From a virus, in IMG/VR virus record IMGVR_UViG_3300034104_003795, positions 26,370 to 90,369 of that record: a stretch of 64,000 nt of DNA; one strand, written 5' to 3'. The notes beneath the pieces are model-generated. The model was given only the letters and a program-made list of their open reading frames with translations, was not told the origin of the DNA and ran no database searches. Numbering within the stretch: the stretch's first letter is position 1; each line of letters opens with the position of its first letter. Positions 8,517-17,604 of this stretch are shown in pieces. Both the position numbers and the translations under genes were made by a program.

Positions 8517-10391
8517 TTAAACTACATCTTTTTGTTTACGGTTGATATCTCTATCGGATAACTCTATGTTTGATACGGCACTAGAACCACCTTTTGCTCT
8601 TGCTTTATTATGTGCTCTATCTGTTTCTTCTGTAGACCCTAGCAGATTTACTAACTCGTCAAAATCGGATGAAACCAATTTAGAAACGGTTGGTAGTTCG
8701 GAGCATGATATAAATCCAATTTCGCAAAAAGGATGTTTAGATGTTTTCATATCAATCATAGTAGTTTGAAATGCATGTTCAATGTGTTTGTTAAATACAT
8801 TAATAACACACGAGTGGTCATGTCCCCAAGTTAATAAATCACCAATAAAGTGTCTACCAAAAGACTTTTCAATATCTTTTGTTTCGTTTTTTTCACATTT
8901 CTTTTCAATATCTACCCAATCATTTTGGTATTCTTTAGCCAAGTCTTTTGCAGAAAGAGGATGTGGTTTTGTTGTAAAATCAAAAGCTTTCTTACTTTTC
9001 CAAAATTCAATCTGGTCCTTACCATCTTCGGTTTGCCAATAATTAGTATTTTGTGGATGTGTTATTTTAGATTCTATAAAACATACCATAAGAATACTAT
9101 GAATAAATTCATACATATTTGAATCTTTTATATCCAATTTCCACTTATCTCTTCCGTGAGAATATACATAATTGTTTCTATAATAATTCAAAGCAAACAT
9201 ACAATATATGAAAAAGGAAGCCTTCTCATAAGTTTTTTTGAATACTTTAGCGTTGGGTTGGGCATCAATATCTGATATAGCAGCCATAACTTTTACCATA
9301 TCCGTAAGAAGTTTATCACCCCATTCTATTATAAAAGGCGAATCATCTTTAAATAAGATTTTACAAATGTCTGATTTTGTTTTTACCTCAAATCTATTAA
9401 TGGATTGTGGTTGAGCATAAATTGTAGCCATTAGTACTCCTATAAAGTATTGCCAACCACCATCATTTCTCTTAAAAGTACCTTTAGAGATTGATAATGG
9501 ACTTGTTTTAGTATAGAATAATTTCTCGTATTTATTTAAATCATTTGTTCTCTCTGGCATCAAATTATCTCTAAACCAAGTAGAATATGCGGAAAATGAT
9601 TGAATTGCTTCGAATGCAAAGTCATCCCATCCAGCCGATTGGTTACTTCGTTTAACGTATGTCATTATACTACTAAAATCATTTGAATCAACAATTTCAA
9701 TTATACATAATTGACAAGATTCCAAATAACTTTGAAATATATTTTTTCTTTCATCGTAACTCAAATCTTTTGCAAAATCATATAATAACCACTCACCTGC
9801 GGAACAAAGTTTTGTTTTTAATTCATGCAAACTCGTAACGGTTTCATTATAAACTTCACCATTAATTTCCGCCTTTAAATTAGAGTATTCAACTTGAGTT
9901 GTTTTTTTCTTATTTTTAGGTTCAAGATTTCCCAAATAATCTTGTTTTATAGAATCAAATCTATGTTGTCCATTGATTATGAAATACTGACCAGTTTTTT
10001 CAGTAAAGTAATTCAGATAAATTGTTAAACTAGCAATTACACTTTCGTATCTTTCAATCAAAACATTATTTTGCTTTGATTTTTTTGATTGTTCGTACTT
10101 TATATCTTCTCGTTTTTCATCAATCTGTCTTTTGATTATATTAACAACGGTTTCTGCTTTTATAATATAATACCCTGCGGAAGTACCATACCCAGTTGTT
10201 ACTGATGCGCACATTCCCTTTTGTGTATCAAAATTCAACTCTCTCATTAAGCGATTTAGAGTTGGGTCATTGATGATTACATCAATATTATCAATTAATG
10301 ATTTTAGAGAAGTTCCAAATATTCTAGTGAGAATATCTTTAGATGCTGTTATTTTTATAGCATCGTTTTCAAATAAAGGAGAATATATCAT
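8517..10391 (-). CDS. large nuclease-like protein, possibly GmrSD-like (DUF262 ParB-like + DUF1524 His-Me finger)
   Basis: 624 aa; 'YFIINGQHRF' resembles DUF262 (I/V)DGQQR motif; C-terminal 'GHDHSCVINVFNKHIEHAF' His-rich HNH-like patch; weak, by-eye only. Confidence 0.35.
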   Translation of the reverse strand: MIYSPLFENDAIKITASKDILTRIFGTSLKSLIDNIDVIINDPTLNRLMRELNFDTQKGMCASVTTGYGTSAGYYIIKAETVVNIIKRQIDEKREDIKYEQSKKSKQNNVLIERYESVIASLTIYLNYFTEKTGQYFIINGQHRFDSIKQDYLGNLEPKNKKKTTQVEYSNLKAEINGEVYNETVTSLHELKTKLCSAGEWLLYDFAKDLSYDERKNIFQSYLESCQLCIIEIVDSNDFSSIMTYVKRSNQSAGWDDFAFEAIQSFSAYSTWFRDNLMPERTNDLNKYEKLFYTKTSPLSISKGTFKRNDGGWQYFIGVLMATIYAQPQSINRFEVKTKSDICKILFKDDSPFIIEWGDKLLTDMVKVMAAISDIDAQPNAKVFKKTYEKASFFIYCMFALNYYRNNYVYSHGRDKWKLDIKDSNMYEFIHSILMVCFIESKITHPQNTNYWQTEDGKDQIEFWKSKKAFDFTTKPHPLSAKDLAKEYQNDWVDIEKKCEKNETKDIEKSFGRHFIGDLLTWGHDHSCVINVFNKHIEHAFQTTMIDMKTSKHPFCEIGFISCSELPTVSKLVSSDFDELVNLLGSTEETDRAHNKARAKGGSSAVSNIELSDRDINRKQKDVV

Positions 10392-10466
10392 TTTTTATGT
10401 TTTATGGGTTTAAAATCTTTTAACTATACAAATATACAACTATTTTTTCAGACCACCAAATCTTTT

Positions 10467-10973
10467 TTAATATTTTATTAGGGATACCACATTTTTACCA
10501 CCGATTCGGATATCACCATGTAGGTAGGTTAAATCAATAAGGGTTACTGCTCCAATCACATTATACCCAGCTAACCTCAATAGTTCCTCTGCCGCAAGTA
10601 AAGTTCCGCCAGTAGCAAGAACATCATCTACAATCACTATATCACCTTTACCTTCTTTAACCTCTAATATATCATGTCCATACTCTTTGGATGAATCTAT
10701 TTTTATTGTAGGTGGTGGTAACTTACCTGCCTTACGAATAGGAACGAATCCTTTACTATCTACTCCTGCGATTGCGGAAGCAAATATAAATCCTCTTGCC
10801 TCTATTCCTGCAACTGAATGACAAGGAAAGTTTTCATCTATTAAAACTACCATTTCATCTATCGCAGATTGAAATGCTCTACCATCTGAAAGGAGTGGTG
10901 TTATATCCCTAAAAGTTACTCCGTCAATCGGAAATCCTTCTACATCGTTAATTAATCTTTTTAAATTTTCCAT
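10467..10973 (-). CDS. apt: adenine phosphoribosyltransferase
   Basis: 168 aa; 'GVTFRDITPLL' N-terminal APRT signature and PRPP-binding 'IVIVDDVLATGGTLLAA'. Confidence 0.85.
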   Translation of the reverse strand: MENLKRLINDVEGFPIDGVTFRDITPLLSDGRAFQSAIDEMVVLIDENFPCHSVAGIEARGFIFASAIAGVDSKGFVPIRKAGKLPPPTIKIDSSKEYGHDILEVKEGKGDIVIVDDVLATGGTLLAAEELLRLAGYNVIGAVTLIDLTYLHGDIRIGGKNVVSLIKY

Positions 10974-10974
10974 T

Positions 10975-11280
10975 TTATATTGTGTTTAAATAATGTACCA
11001 ATGATTCGCCAAAAAGTTCCATATCATGTAATGTTGCTTGATATACAACATCTTCTATAATATCTCCAGTAGAATCATTCATAAGTTTTATATCATAGGT
11101 AAGTTCACTCCATTCATCATTTAATAAACCTTGCCTAAATATAACCAATGTTATTGTTCGTTTACCATCTTTATGTCTGGCCTGCAAAGCATAATGTTCT
11201 TTACCCGCATCGGTTCTACCAATCTGCCAATCACCATACCATTGGTTTTGTATCTTCTTAAAATTTTCTATTGTTAGCAT
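10975..11280 (-). CDS. MLTIENI-family small protein (array A, member 1)
   Basis: starts MLTIENFKKIQNQWYGDWQIG; conserved N-terminus and W-x-I...Y-x-F pattern. Confidence 0.6.
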   Translation of the reverse strand: MLTIENFKKIQNQWYGDWQIGRTDAGKEHYALQARHKDGKRTITLVIFRQGLLNDEWSELTYDIKLMNDSTGDIIEDVVYQATLHDMELFGESLVHYLNTI

Positions 11281-11282
11281 AA

Positions 11283-11753
11283 TTAAAAAGGTATTACTGG
11301 ATGGTATTTATCAACTATTTCTTCTACCATTCCCCAAAAGTTTTTATAATTCAAATCATGCCCTCTAAACCAACCTCTATAATCCCATTCACCTTTATCA
11401 TCGTTAATATACACTTGATACATCATTTCTGGATAATATGGTACAGGTGCAACTTGAAGTTCTCTACCCAAAGTAATATATACTCTCAATTTTTTATCTT
11501 CTCTATGTACAAGTTGAAATGTATATACTTCTTCCGATTCATCCGCAGATAGAATATCCCATCCCCAAAAAATCATCGTAGTAAGTTCTTTATCGTAATT
11601 TTGTATATGTAATTTTTTCTTTTTCATATTTGGTTCTTTTGGTGTAACTGTTACTATAACCTTTCCATAGTTTTTAGGATTGATTGGTTTACTATATCCC
11701 TTTCTAATAAGTTGGTTAGGTCTAAATCCACCTTTTAATTTATTTATTCTCAT
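11283..11753 (-). CDS. MLTIENI-family related protein with N-terminal extension (array A)
   Basis: internal 'LHIQNYDKELTTMIFWGWDILSADESEEVYTFQL' matches family pattern; start could alternatively be internal MKKKK. Confidence 0.5.
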   Translation of the reverse strand: MRINKLKGGFRPNQLIRKGYSKPINPKNYGKVIVTVTPKEPNMKKKKLHIQNYDKELTTMIFWGWDILSADESEEVYTFQLVHREDKKLRVYITLGRELQVAPVPYYPEMMYQVYINDDKGEWDYRGWFRGHDLNYKNFWGMVEEIVDKYHPVIPF

Positions 11754-11754
11754 A

Positions 11755-12063
11755 TTACATTGATGCCTTTAAGCAACTACTAAACGTTCTCATCACATTT
11801 GTAAATTTTCCAAACCATTTCGCAGTTATAATATGAATTGGACAATTAGGATAGTTTAATCGGTATTCCCATGCCTTCTCAATATCATTATAATGCCCAA
11901 TCTTACTTACCTCAATCCAAATATAACGGTGTACACCGGAACTATCATCTCTGAATTGAAATCTATAATTTGTATCCGTTTCAATAGCCTCAGTACAAAT
12001 AAATCTTTCTTTATGAAACATCGCTGTTACTATCTTATCGTAATTTTGTATTATTAGTTTCAT
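11755..12063 (-). CDS. MLTIENI-family divergent member (array A)
   Basis: MKLIIQNYDKIV...; family-like pattern. Confidence 0.5.
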   Translation of the reverse strand: MKLIIQNYDKIVTAMFHKERFICTEAIETDTNYRFQFRDDSSGVHRYIWIEVSKIGHYNDIEKAWEYRLNYPNCPIHIITAKWFGKFTNVMRTFSSCLKASM

Positions 12064-12067
12064 TCAT

Positions 12068-12376
12068 CTATTTTTTATGTTCTGATTGAATATAACATTC
12101 CATCATCAACCAAAATTGCTCCTTATCTTTAAATTGAGAAAGTGGTAGTTGCCCTTTCCAAATTATATTCGTATAAGAACGATACATAACACTAACCTCA
12201 ACTTTACCATTTTTAATTTCTCTCCCTAATTGTACCGCAGCATGTGTAGTATTACCATCAATACATTTCAATTTAAATGTATAATACTGATTGGTTTCTT
12301 GTGCAAAATATATTACCCAATTTTGTATTAGATAATTCTTTAAATCTGCGTAATTACTAATATCTAACTTTTTCAT
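12068..12376 (-). CDS. MLTIENI-family divergent member (array A)
   Basis: 'NYLIQNWVIYFAQETNQYYTFKL' family pattern. Confidence 0.5.
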   Translation of the reverse strand: MKKLDISNYADLKNYLIQNWVIYFAQETNQYYTFKLKCIDGNTTHAAVQLGREIKNGKVEVSVMYRSYTNIIWKGQLPLSQFKDKEQFWLMMECYIQSEHKK

Positions 12377-12384
12377 TTATTATA

Positions 12385-12687
12385 TTATCTTTGTAACCCA
12401 CCCATTATTTCGGTGAATTTGTTCACTAAATTATTTATATCTTTTATATAGTCAAGCGTTACCGCATATCCTATTGGTTTATCATCTAATGTAAATTTAT
12501 ATTCTCCACTACTTTCAGCAATTCTATTAAGAGATAATTTCCTTACATCATCTATTTTACCTGTTAAAGGGTTTTTTCTTAACAATACGAAGTGATACCA
12601 ATTGTCAGTTTCACTAATACTATCCACCAACCAATGTTTGTCAAACGCATATTGGTTTAATTTATTTACATTTAATATTGTTAGCAT
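12385..12687 (-). CDS. MLTIENI-family member (array A)
   Basis: MLTILNVNKLNQYAFDKHWLV... Confidence 0.6.
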   Translation of the reverse strand: MLTILNVNKLNQYAFDKHWLVDSISETDNWYHFVLLRKNPLTGKIDDVRKLSLNRIAESSGEYKFTLDDKPIGYAVTLDYIKDINNLVNKFTEIMGGLQR

Positions 12688-12688
12688 G

Positions 12689-12964
12689 TTATATTAATTC
12701 ATCTATTAAAAATCTTACAAACTCATCTCTATCTCCCATACACTCTATTGGTAGATAATGTTCTTTTTGTGTTTCTAAACAATAGACATGATAATCACCA
12801 TGCTTTGTTTTCTTCCTATCAATACAAAGGTTAAACATATCAAAAGGTGAACCATTGTGTATTGTCTTTATATAGTAGATATCATCTCCTATTGACAAGT
12901 TATGTATCTTCCAATGGCCTATATACTTACCAGCCAATGTATTTATGTTTTGTATTGTTAGCAT
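12689..12964 (-). CDS. MLTIENI-family member (array A)
   Basis: MLTIQNINTLAGKYIGHWKIH... Confidence 0.6.
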   Translation of the reverse strand: MLTIQNINTLAGKYIGHWKIHNLSIGDDIYYIKTIHNGSPFDMFNLCIDRKKTKHGDYHVYCLETQKEHYLPIECMGDRDEFVRFLIDELI

Positions 12965-12965
12965 T

Positions 12966-13286
12966 TTATATCTTTTCTTTGTTCATTAAAATATATTCCA
13001 ATTGGTTAATCATATTATCTTTATCGGCTATGAAATCTGCGGTGACACATACATCGGTTCGTTTTGAATCAAATATGAAGAAGTACGATAAGTTAGGTGA
13101 ACCAACACCTCTAATACCAGTTCTCTCCAACATAATCTTATGTCTTGTTGTGAATCCACTCCCATCCCAATCCTTAACCAATTCAAATATGTAAGTATCG
13201 GGTCTACCTTCATATATCAGTTGTATTGTCCAACCATCTGCCAAAGGTCTCCCTTCTAATTTCAATATGTTTTCTATTGTTAGCAT
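12966..13286 (-). CDS. MLTIENI-family member (array A)
   Basis: MLTIENILKLEGRPLADGWTIQ... Confidence 0.6.
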   Translation of the reverse strand: MLTIENILKLEGRPLADGWTIQLIYEGRPDTYIFELVKDWDGSGFTTRHKIMLERTGIRGVGSPNLSYFFIFDSKRTDVCVTADFIADKDNMINQLEYILMNKEKI

Positions 13287-13287
13287 C

Positions 13288-13668
13288 TTAAATTAAATTT
13301 TGGTCTTTAGCCCATCTCATTATCACCTTGGTTGCGTACATTTCTAAATTGTTTTGGAATAGTTTCATATCCTTTATTTGTGATATCTTTAACCAATCAT
13401 CACTATCCATTAAATTATTTTCCATTTGGTATATTCCTTTTTCATCCGGCGTTCTACGAAGATAGATACAAAGTGGTACATCATAATCCGAAACGGCTTT
13501 ATATTCAAATCGGTATGATTCATCCGTCTCACCTGTTACTGCAGTTACATCACCGGGAAACTCAATAACTCGCTCACACTCCCATTCTAATAATTCAGAA
13601 GGGACGTACAAGTTTTGAAGTTTTATTTTAGTACCTACTAATTTTTCTATGTTCTTTATTGTTATCAT
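13288..13668 (-). CDS. MLTIENI-family member (array A)
   Basis: MITIKNIEKLVGTKIKLQNL... Confidence 0.55.
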   Translation of the reverse strand: MITIKNIEKLVGTKIKLQNLYVPSELLEWECERVIEFPGDVTAVTGETDESYRFEYKAVSDYDVPLCIYLRRTPDEKGIYQMENNLMDSDDWLKISQIKDMKLFQNNLEMYATKVIMRWAKDQNLI

Positions 13669-14036
13669 CCGAATACTAAATTTTTAATATCATCATATTG
13701 TTTAATACTAGCACCATTCAAACTATTTTTTACAATATACACACCAAACCTTCTCAACGAGCCCATCATTACTCTTTTAGAATTAAAGGAATTTGACCTA
13801 ACTCTTAAAGGATACGCCATATCTTTGGAATGATTAACTAAATAACAACCCCAACCCAATTCTTTTGGATGGGCTGAACTTCTCATAATGATAAGATAAC
13901 AAATGTGGTTCTCTATACCATCGTTGTACATAAACTCAATAGCATACAAATCTCTTTGAGCAACACAATATATTACCGATATCTTATCATCGGTCCATCC
14001 ACCTAACTTTTCAACACCATCAATAGTTAATCTCAT
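13665..14036 (-). CDS. MLTIENI-family member (array A)
   Basis: MRLTIDGVEKLGGWTDDKISVIYC... Confidence 0.55.
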   Translation of the reverse strand: MRLTIDGVEKLGGWTDDKISVIYCVAQRDLYAIEFMYNDGIENHICYLIIMRSSAHPKELGWGCYLVNHSKDMAYPLRVRSNSFNSKRVMMGSLRRFGVYIVKNSLNGASIKQYDDIKNLVFG

Positions 14037-14127
14037 ATTATACGTTTAGCAGGATATCAATAACATTAATAAGAGTATAAGCAAATACACTCCTAACATT
14101 TTCATTGTAGTCCAATCGTTTTTCTTT

Positions 14128-14487
14128 TTAGTTTTCATCCCAATACTTTTTACCTTTACGAACAACCTCATGCATACAAGCGATGAAGTATCCAAATTTC
14201 TTTATATCATCTACATCCAAATACTCAATCGTTACACCATGCAATCCCATCCAAAACAATTCGTACTTACCAGATACGTTTGGGTTTCGGTAAAGATAAA
14301 TTTTGAAACTATCTTCCCATTGTTTATATGGATTATTGGTTTTGGTGATGAAAGGTATTGCCGGAAAATGGAATACATACGCACTCCCATTAACTATCTC
14401 ACCTTTCTCTACCGTTATCTTTTCAATAGTACGATTGTGGAAATGGTGACCGGTAAGTTTGTTGATACCTTCTATGTTTAAGACCAT
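14128..14487 (-). CDS. MLTIENI-family divergent member (array A)
   Basis: MVLNIEGINKLTGHHF... Confidence 0.5.
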   Translation of the reverse strand: MVLNIEGINKLTGHHFHNRTIEKITVEKGEIVNGSAYVFHFPAIPFITKTNNPYKQWEDSFKIYLYRNPNVSGKYELFWMGLHGVTIEYLDVDDIKKFGYFIACMHEVVRKGKKYWDEN

Positions 14488-14723
14488 ATACCTTTCAGTT
14501 TTAAAAAGTTAAGGAATGAAGATTTCGGAGATACAGTCGAAAAATCATATTGGTCGTTGAGGTAATTTGCTTTGATAGTACTTTCCGGGTCTACATACGA
14601 TTGAGAAACCTTCAACTCCGCCTTCCATTGTTGGTATTGAGGATTTAGCATAGTAGTTGTTCTTTCGTTTTCCAAGACCTCATACGCTTGGACATCATTG
14701 TAGTTGTTATAAGTTGTACTCAT
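14478..14723 (-). CDS. hypothetical protein (81 aa)
   Basis: ORF overlapping upstream neighbour by 10 nt. Confidence 0.4.
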   Translation of the reverse strand: MSTTYNNYNDVQAYEVLENERTTTMLNPQYQQWKAELKVSQSYVDPESTIKANYLNDQYDFSTVSPKSSFLNFLKLKGIWS

Positions 14724-14745
14724 AATAAGGGTTTTATAATATAAA

Positions 14746-14961
14746 TTAATCTAAATAGTTATCAAATAGTAGGTATATCGTCCATACTACACCGAATACC
14801 AATACACCTGCTATAAAGGCAATGGAAACCGGTGGTATTAATAGGAATACCTTAAATGGCCGTTCCTTTAACCATCTCTTATCAGTATCGGAGAATATAA
14901 ATTGAATACCTAATGCTGATAGGAAGTTTAATAGGAATAGGATAAGGAATAGTAATACCAT
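14746..14961 (-). CDS. small membrane protein (2 TM, 71 aa)
   Basis: two hydrophobic helices. Confidence 0.45.
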   Translation of the reverse strand: MVLLFLILFLLNFLSALGIQFIFSDTDKRWLKERPFKVFLLIPPVSIAFIAGVLVFGVVWTIYLLFDNYLD

Positions 14962-15206
14962 TATTTCTTTGATTTAGTACGTTTAGTAGAAGCGGGTTTA
15001 GTTTCTTCTACAATCCCTGTGTTATCTGATGCCGTAGGGATTGTATCATCTATAAACTGACCACCATACGGAAAGAATTGTTTCCCACTAATACTGATGG
15101 AATGGATACGTCCAACTTTTCCTTTGATATGTGATTCGGATGGGTTTTCGGAATAGTACACACCATCTACTAACATCTTACCTTCTCTAACTTTAAAACT
15201 TTTCAT
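14961..15206 (-). CDS. hypothetical protein (81 aa)
   Basis: start/stop overlap with neighbour. Confidence 0.4.
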   Translation of the reverse strand: MKSFKVREGKMLVDGVYYSENPSESHIKGKVGRIHSISISGKQFFPYGGQFIDDTIPTASDNTGIVEETKPASTKRTKSKK

Positions 15207-15241
15207 AATCTTTAATTTTTGTTTTTATAATGAATAATTGT

Positions 15242-15598
15242 TTATACTAAATAATTTTGTTGAACGAACTTTAAGATATTGGTTCTATCCTTACCCGATA
15301 CACCTTTGAATGATTTGAACGAATAGATATCATCCGCCCAATACTTTGTCATAGTGTTGGTATGTGTAGGACGTACCTCAAAGAAACGTACAAAGAAGTA
15401 ATTGGGTTCACCACCGAATTCACTTTTGATACTAATAGGTACATATACTACCTCGCAACTATCCGAAGGAATCTTTGTTACTTCATCTAACCATATATCA
15501 ATAGGTTTAGAGAAATGTGAAAACCTCTCTATCTCATTGTAGAACCTTTTCCAAGTACTCTTACTTAACTTAATTGAATCTACATACTTCATAGCCAT
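15242..15598 (-). CDS. hypothetical protein (118 aa)
   Basis: ORF only. Confidence 0.45.
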   Translation of the reverse strand: MAMKYVDSIKLSKSTWKRFYNEIERFSHFSKPIDIWLDEVTKIPSDSCEVVYVPISIKSEFGGEPNYFFVRFFEVRPTHTNTMTKYWADDIYSFKSFKGVSGKDRTNILKFVQQNYLV

Positions 15599-15617
15599 AA
15601 TCTTAATTTTTATTTTA

Positions 15618-15941
15618 TTACTTTGTGTTTAATGCGGGTTTGTGTTTCTTAACCAATTCCATCTCTCTAATGTGAGCGGCCTCTTTACCTCTTACTACAT
15701 CTAATACCGATACTTCATATACCAATTCTAAATCATCAATGTAGTTGAACATATCCATATACAATTTCCAATCCCAATTTTCCCTTCTCGCTCTACTAAA
15801 ATGTTTTTGTAACCGAACCTTTGCGGAACGAAGGAACGCCCGACCGGTTGAAGCCGTAATACCAATATATTCGTTACCATTGAAGGTATTTGTAATAAGG
15901 TATATAATATGATTCCTATCTGTACGTTTCTTCCTACTCAT
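15618..15941 (-). CDS. GIY-YIG domain endonuclease (free-standing, homing-endonuclease-like)
   Basis: 'HIIYLITNTFNGNEYIGIT' = GIY-x10-YIG motif near N-terminus; start set at internal ATG 15939-15941 (MSRKKRTD...) because the ORF-track start at 16073 is TTG and a promoter-like motif lies at 15963-15994. Confidence 0.6.
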   Translation of the reverse strand: MSRKKRTDRNHIIYLITNTFNGNEYIGITASTGRAFLRSAKVRLQKHFSRARRENWDWKLYMDMFNYIDDLELVYEVSVLDVVRGKEAAHIREMELVKKHKPALNTK

Positions 15942-15962
15942 ATCTAACTTAACTTTTATACC

Positions 15963-15994
15963 TAAAATTACGAAAATTAATTGAGACCACCAAA
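15963..15994 (-). promoter_or_regulatory. Bacteroidetes-type promoter candidate (minus orientation: -33 TTTG ... -7 TAATTTTA)
   Basis: +strand 'taaaattacgaaaattaattgagaccaccaaat'; same architecture as other minus-strand promoters in window. Confidence 0.35.
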
Positions 15995-16079
15995 TTCTAC
16001 CTAAAAGTTCTCGATTGGAAATCAACCCTTTATAGATATATTTTAACCCCATACATAAGTCATTGACCGTCAACCAAGT

Positions 16080-16400
16080 ATATATTAACCCCTTTCCGTT
16101 CCATTTTAACCCTATGAACCCCTAAACCATACCTTTACCCTACCCATCCAAAATAACCCCAAGAAACCCCCTCGAAATGATTCATATATACGGCTATACT
16201 GTACAACCCACTGGTACCCCAATCCTAACCTATTGATTGTCAATGAGTTATAACCAATTGATAATGAAGGGGTTATATATAGGGAATATCCACCATACCA
16301 ATAAGGACGGATACAATAAAGACAGGTACAATAGTAATAAAGACTATATACCATTAGGGGTAATATATAAAAATCTCGTATAGCGAAAAACTTGGGCTCG
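16080..16400. other. strongly strand-asymmetric (C/pyrimidine-rich on + strand; G-tract-rich on - strand) non-coding region
   Basis: runs such as ccctttccg..aacccctaaacc..cccaagaaaccccctcg; only Tyr-rich spurious ORFs; candidate ncRNA / G-quadruplex-forming / origin-like element. Confidence 0.35.
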
Positions 16401-16475
16401 ATACGAGAAGGGGTTAGGGGGCCCTCTAATAAAAAAATATTTTCTACGGTTCCAAGAAATTCAGTCCCCTACAGT

Positions 16476-16554
16476 CCCTATGGCGCCTACGTTCCAGAGG
16501 ATTGGTATGCATGTATATATGTGTGTCCTCTACAATCCTTATGGCGCCTACGTT
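16476..16554. repeat. 18-nt direct repeat CCCT(A/T)TGGCGCCTACGTT x2 (16476-16493, 16537-16554)
   Basis: seen directly; one mismatch; 43-nt spacer. Confidence 0.6.
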
Positions 16555-16729
16555 GCGTGAGATTGTGTTTTTGATTGAAGTAAAATCTTTTTTGTTAAGG
16601 TAGTCCGTCCATGTGGGTAAGTTATAGACACAAGAAAGGGGACCCGATTCCCAGTCAGTCCCCTCAGTCAACTTGCTCATTTAATAAACGTCAAATCACC
16701 AAACACTCCTCATTCAAGAGGATAATATT

Positions 16730-17035
16730 TTATTTATTCATATAGTCCAATCCTATGTAGATATCGAACCATTGATTTATAACTCTATACTTTAGCCCCA
16801 TTCCTTTACTATCATAATCTGTATAATCAGGTCCAGCTACCGCCTTCACTTCATTATATAGTGCTTCCGCATCTTCTTTGTGTATGGCACATAGGGCGTG
16901 TATTTTTGCTTTAATACTAGCTTCGTGTCTCATACCTACTTCCCATACCGAGTGGCTATCTGACATCATATAGGACCAATCATGCTCATTCACTAACTGC
17001 ATTAGGTCACTTCTCATTGTATTACTTATACTCAT
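16730..17035 (-). CDS. hypothetical protein (101 aa)
   Basis: ORF only. Confidence 0.45.
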   Translation of the reverse strand: MSISNTMRSDLMQLVNEHDWSYMMSDSHSVWEVGMRHEASIKAKIHALCAIHKEDAEALYNEVKAVAGPDYTDYDSKGMGLKYRVINQWFDIYIGLDYMNK

Positions 17036-17279
17036 ATACTTAATTTTTTATAATAAATAAAATGTTACTGTCTCAGCTTTCCGCCAGGGTATATCATTTT
17101 GGGTACCGGGTCTATATGCATTACCCAGCACAGCCTTTCGGTTACTATGTCTACCACGTGGACGGACACGGCCACCACCACAGGTTGCAGATAGTAACTT
17201 CTTTATAGATAATATCTGGATTTCGGACTCAAACTTTACAGTCAATAATTTTTCACTCATTGTATAAGGGGTTTATGAA

Positions 17280-17579
17280 TTAATAAGAATAAGCCTTTGT
17301 ACTAGCTTCTTCCATCTCTGCCAAATAGGCTTTACCATTGGCTGTACCCCAATATGATTTAGGGATACTATTATCGTATGGATTTGTACGCACAATACGT
17401 TCAATCACTTCCGCTTCCAACTCATTCGAGCGTAGAAAACCATTCACCAATTTTTCCATAAGGTCAGAACGTGTCTCACGTCTGTCCAACTTATTGTATG
17501 CGGCCAAGGCCATAACTAATGTTTTCAACTCTTTATTTGAGAAAGCCGATACTAACAGGTCACAATTTTGATTATACAT
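17280..17579 (-). CDS. hypothetical protein (99 aa)
   Basis: ORF; AACCCCTT box 12 nt upstream of ATG. Confidence 0.45.
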   Translation of the reverse strand: MYNQNCDLLVSAFSNKELKTLVMALAAYNKLDRRETRSDLMEKLVNGFLRSNELEAEVIERIVRTNPYDNSIPKSYWGTANGKAYLAEMEEASTKAYSY

Positions 17580-17604
17580 ATAGATAATTTAAGGGGTTTA
17601 AAAA

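Noticed and set aside
16112-16354. 80-aa Tyr/Gly-rich ORF
   Set aside because: Translation of the strongly strand-biased C/G-tract region; compositional artefact, no plausible protein.
16444-16680. 78-aa ORF spanning the 18-nt direct repeats
   Set aside because: Second half is encoded by the repeats (RNVGAIRIVEDT../ERRRHRDCRGL); likely non-coding, though the N-terminal half looks protein-like so it is not excluded.
17048-17260. 70-aa Arg-rich ORF in an unusually GC-rich stretch
   Set aside because: Composition atypical for this genome (RVRPRGRHSNRK); it could be a structured RNA or a real highly basic peptide. Not called as CDS, but its ATG is preceded by the AACCCCTT box so it remains ambiguous.
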